A model generated the notes under the pieces. It was not told where the DNA came from. It did not search any database and saw only the letters and a list, made by a program, of their open reading frames with translations. From positions 92,318,001 through 92,382,000 of the forward strand of contig NW_026262723.1 in the NCBI RefSeq assembly GCF_021869535.1: 64,000 nucleotides of DNA. Direction: 5' to 3'. A program made the position numbers and the translations under genes. Below are positions 63,001 to 64,000 of the stretch, one piece after another (within the stretch, counting starts at the first letter, position 1; every line of letters starts with the position of its first letter). The DNA is from Mytilus californianus. Lineage: Eukaryota.

Positions 63001-63894
63001 AGAAACCTATGCTGTGTCAAATATTTAATAACAATCCAAATTCAGAGCTGTATCAAGCTTGAATGTTGTGTCCATACTTGCCCCAACTGTTCAGGGTTCG
63101 ACCTCTGCGGTCGTATCAAGCTGCGCCCCAGCGAAGCATTTTATTTTATTATGAATGTAGGTAGAATGAAGGTGAACTTTATATTAGGATACCAGTATAT
63201 ATGATAATACAGTTGTTTTAATTCTATTTTTTAATAGCTTTTAGGAAAGAGAGGAATATTAGATCTATTGGGCATTCGGAAGACTGTGGGAACAAAGGAG
63301 ATCTTGCCATGTTCCAGGAAAGTGTTGGAGGATTGTTTTGCAGCAAAACATTCGTAAGTTAAAAAAGTACTTTAAAGTACATTTTAAAAAAATTGTAAAT
63401 TTGTCAACAGTTTAGATAGATGTTATTATAAGAAAATGTGTACTTAAGTCAAACAAATGAAATGAATCTTCTTTAAAAAAAAACCTTTATATTGTTGCTA
63501 GTAAGTTCACGCTCATTTAAAGAGAGTATGGCAGTTACAATATAGCTTACCTTCTTCAAGATCCTTGAAACATTTTGATGGGATGGGGAAAAAATGGGAA
63601 AATAATTTATGCAGATATGAAAGCACTTATCTCCTGCTTTTTCTAATTTCCTTGTATAACATAACTGTGTGCATTTGCAAAGCCCTTATAGTTAAAAGTC
63701 TGAAGAAATCTAGATATAGAATATATACTTTCGTCAAAGTATTATGACATTTACATCAAGTTAATGAAAATCAACTTTCTATATTTATTTTGACAGGCCA
63801 AATTCAAGTTCCCAGCTGTCAGTTGGTGCCAGGGCATTAGCCAAGCACTCTCATAGAGATATGAGTACATCTTGGTGGGGTGTGTGTACTGGAA
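50188..63894 (+). CDS. Uncharacterised protein related to plant RNA-binding ASCH-domain proteins (N- and C-terminal regions); 3' end lies outside the window
   Basis: Exons 50188-50226, 56716-56894, 57691-57756, 59079-59184, 63238-63353, 63797-63894; GT-AG with consistent phases (0,2,2,0,2,1). MLDKAAVTEYVKLVIEDEVERG...GYPTYPLYREIGNMLYQWLENK...LLGKRGILDLLGIRKTVGTKEILPCSRKVLEDCFAAKHSPNSSSQLSVGARALAKHSHRDMSTSWWGVCTG. Family link recalled from motifs (YPLY, LLG...TxGT, GARALAKH..R...WG), not searched. Confidence 0.8.
51350..52026. mobile_element. 677-bp MITE with ~73-bp TIRs and 5-bp TSD ATAGT
   Basis: CAGTCAGGGGTACTACTTGTACAAGTAAT... at 51350 and its reverse complement ending 52026; ATAGT at 51345-51349 and 52027-52031. 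Confidence 0.9.
53176..56062 (-). mobile_element. Large Helentron-like element, copy B
   Basis: Reverse complement of copy A: hairpin ATACGACCGCAAAAATTTTGCAGTCGTAT, (GTC)n, same modules, end GCGGTCGTATCAAGCTGCGC...GAGCATTTTA. Confidence 0.85.
54624..55590. mobile_element. HINE-like element nested in copy B with ~160-bp internal units
   Basis: Hairpin ATACGCCCGTTTACGGGACGTAT, (CCGT)n, three to four units, inverted GCGGGCGTAT near the far end; splits GTATTTAGATTTTT/GATTATGGGCCC, which is contiguous in copy A. Confidence 0.8.
57979..58699. repeat. 60-bp tandem array (~12 units) in intron 3 of the ASCH-related gene
   Basis: Unit TGTACCACCTGAATCAAATGTCAACCCACTGACTGATGTCAGCCAAGAGGATATATTTTG; open on both strands (58014-58682 +, 58052-58660 -). 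Confidence 0.95.
59956..63143 (-). mobile_element. Large Helentron-like element, copy C, with an expanded internal satellite
   Basis: Same termini as copy B (ATACGACCGCAAAAAAATTTTGTGGTCGTAT ... GCGGTCGTATCAAGCTGCGC...AAGCATTTTA), long (GTC)n, a different central module and ~14 satellite monomers. Confidence 0.85.
61060..62940. repeat. 126-136-bp satellite, ~14 monomers, with ~397-bp trimeric higher-order repeat
   Basis: Spacings of the GGTCCAAAATTAAAC anchor: 126,136,126,127,136,135,126,136,134,126,136,136,126. Confidence 0.9.
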
Positions 63895-64000
63895 GTAAGT
63901 ACAAATAAGGGCAAATAAAAATTAGGCATTTCCAGATACCTATTCAAACATAATATTCATGTTTTTGGAAAGGTTACAATTGCAGTGCAGTTGGTTAATC

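Noticed and set aside
61094-63028. Repeated MVRFSISKNP... ORFs (also 17305-17616, 26358-26642, 54499-54756)
   Set aside because: Translations of the 126-136-bp satellite core; frames shift between units.
63245-63353. Alternative acceptor TTTTAG at 63244 for exon 5 of the ASCH-related gene
   Set aside because: Gives a stop after five codons in phase 0; the AG at 63236-63237 keeps the frame and yields the LLG...GIL motif.

Overview
AT-rich animal genomic DNA with spliceosomal introns; the interspersed repeat families suggest a bivalve, probably a Mytilus mussel (inference, not verified). I reconstructed four protein-coding genes by hand from splice signals and reading phase. (1) A complete 7-exon L-xylulose reductase (DCXR-like, 244 aa, + strand, 1201-12076). 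(2) A 12-coding-exon tepsin, the AP-4 accessory protein (407 aa, - strand, 36665-19325), convergent with DCXR. (3) An intronless class A orphan GPCR (344 aa, + strand, 45011-46045). (4) The first 6 exons of an uncharacterised gene (+ strand, 50188 to beyond the window) resembling plant RNA-binding ASCH-domain proteins but apparently lacking the ASCH domain. The rest is dominated by non-autonomous Helentron-like (HINE/pearl-type) elements with internal tandem arrays, several nested in one another, plus TIR elements with target-site duplications, SINE-like repeats and decayed Penelope-like, CR1-like and hAT remnants. The most striking observations are a ~34-copy 32-bp array built from the end of tepsin exon 5 and its own splice donor, the ASCH-less RALxKH protein, a TGT...ACA long-TIR element holding a three-level nest, and three copies of one Helentron-like element at different stages of satellite expansion. 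No rRNA, tRNA or CRISPR array was seen. Most ORF-track entries are by-products of repeats.
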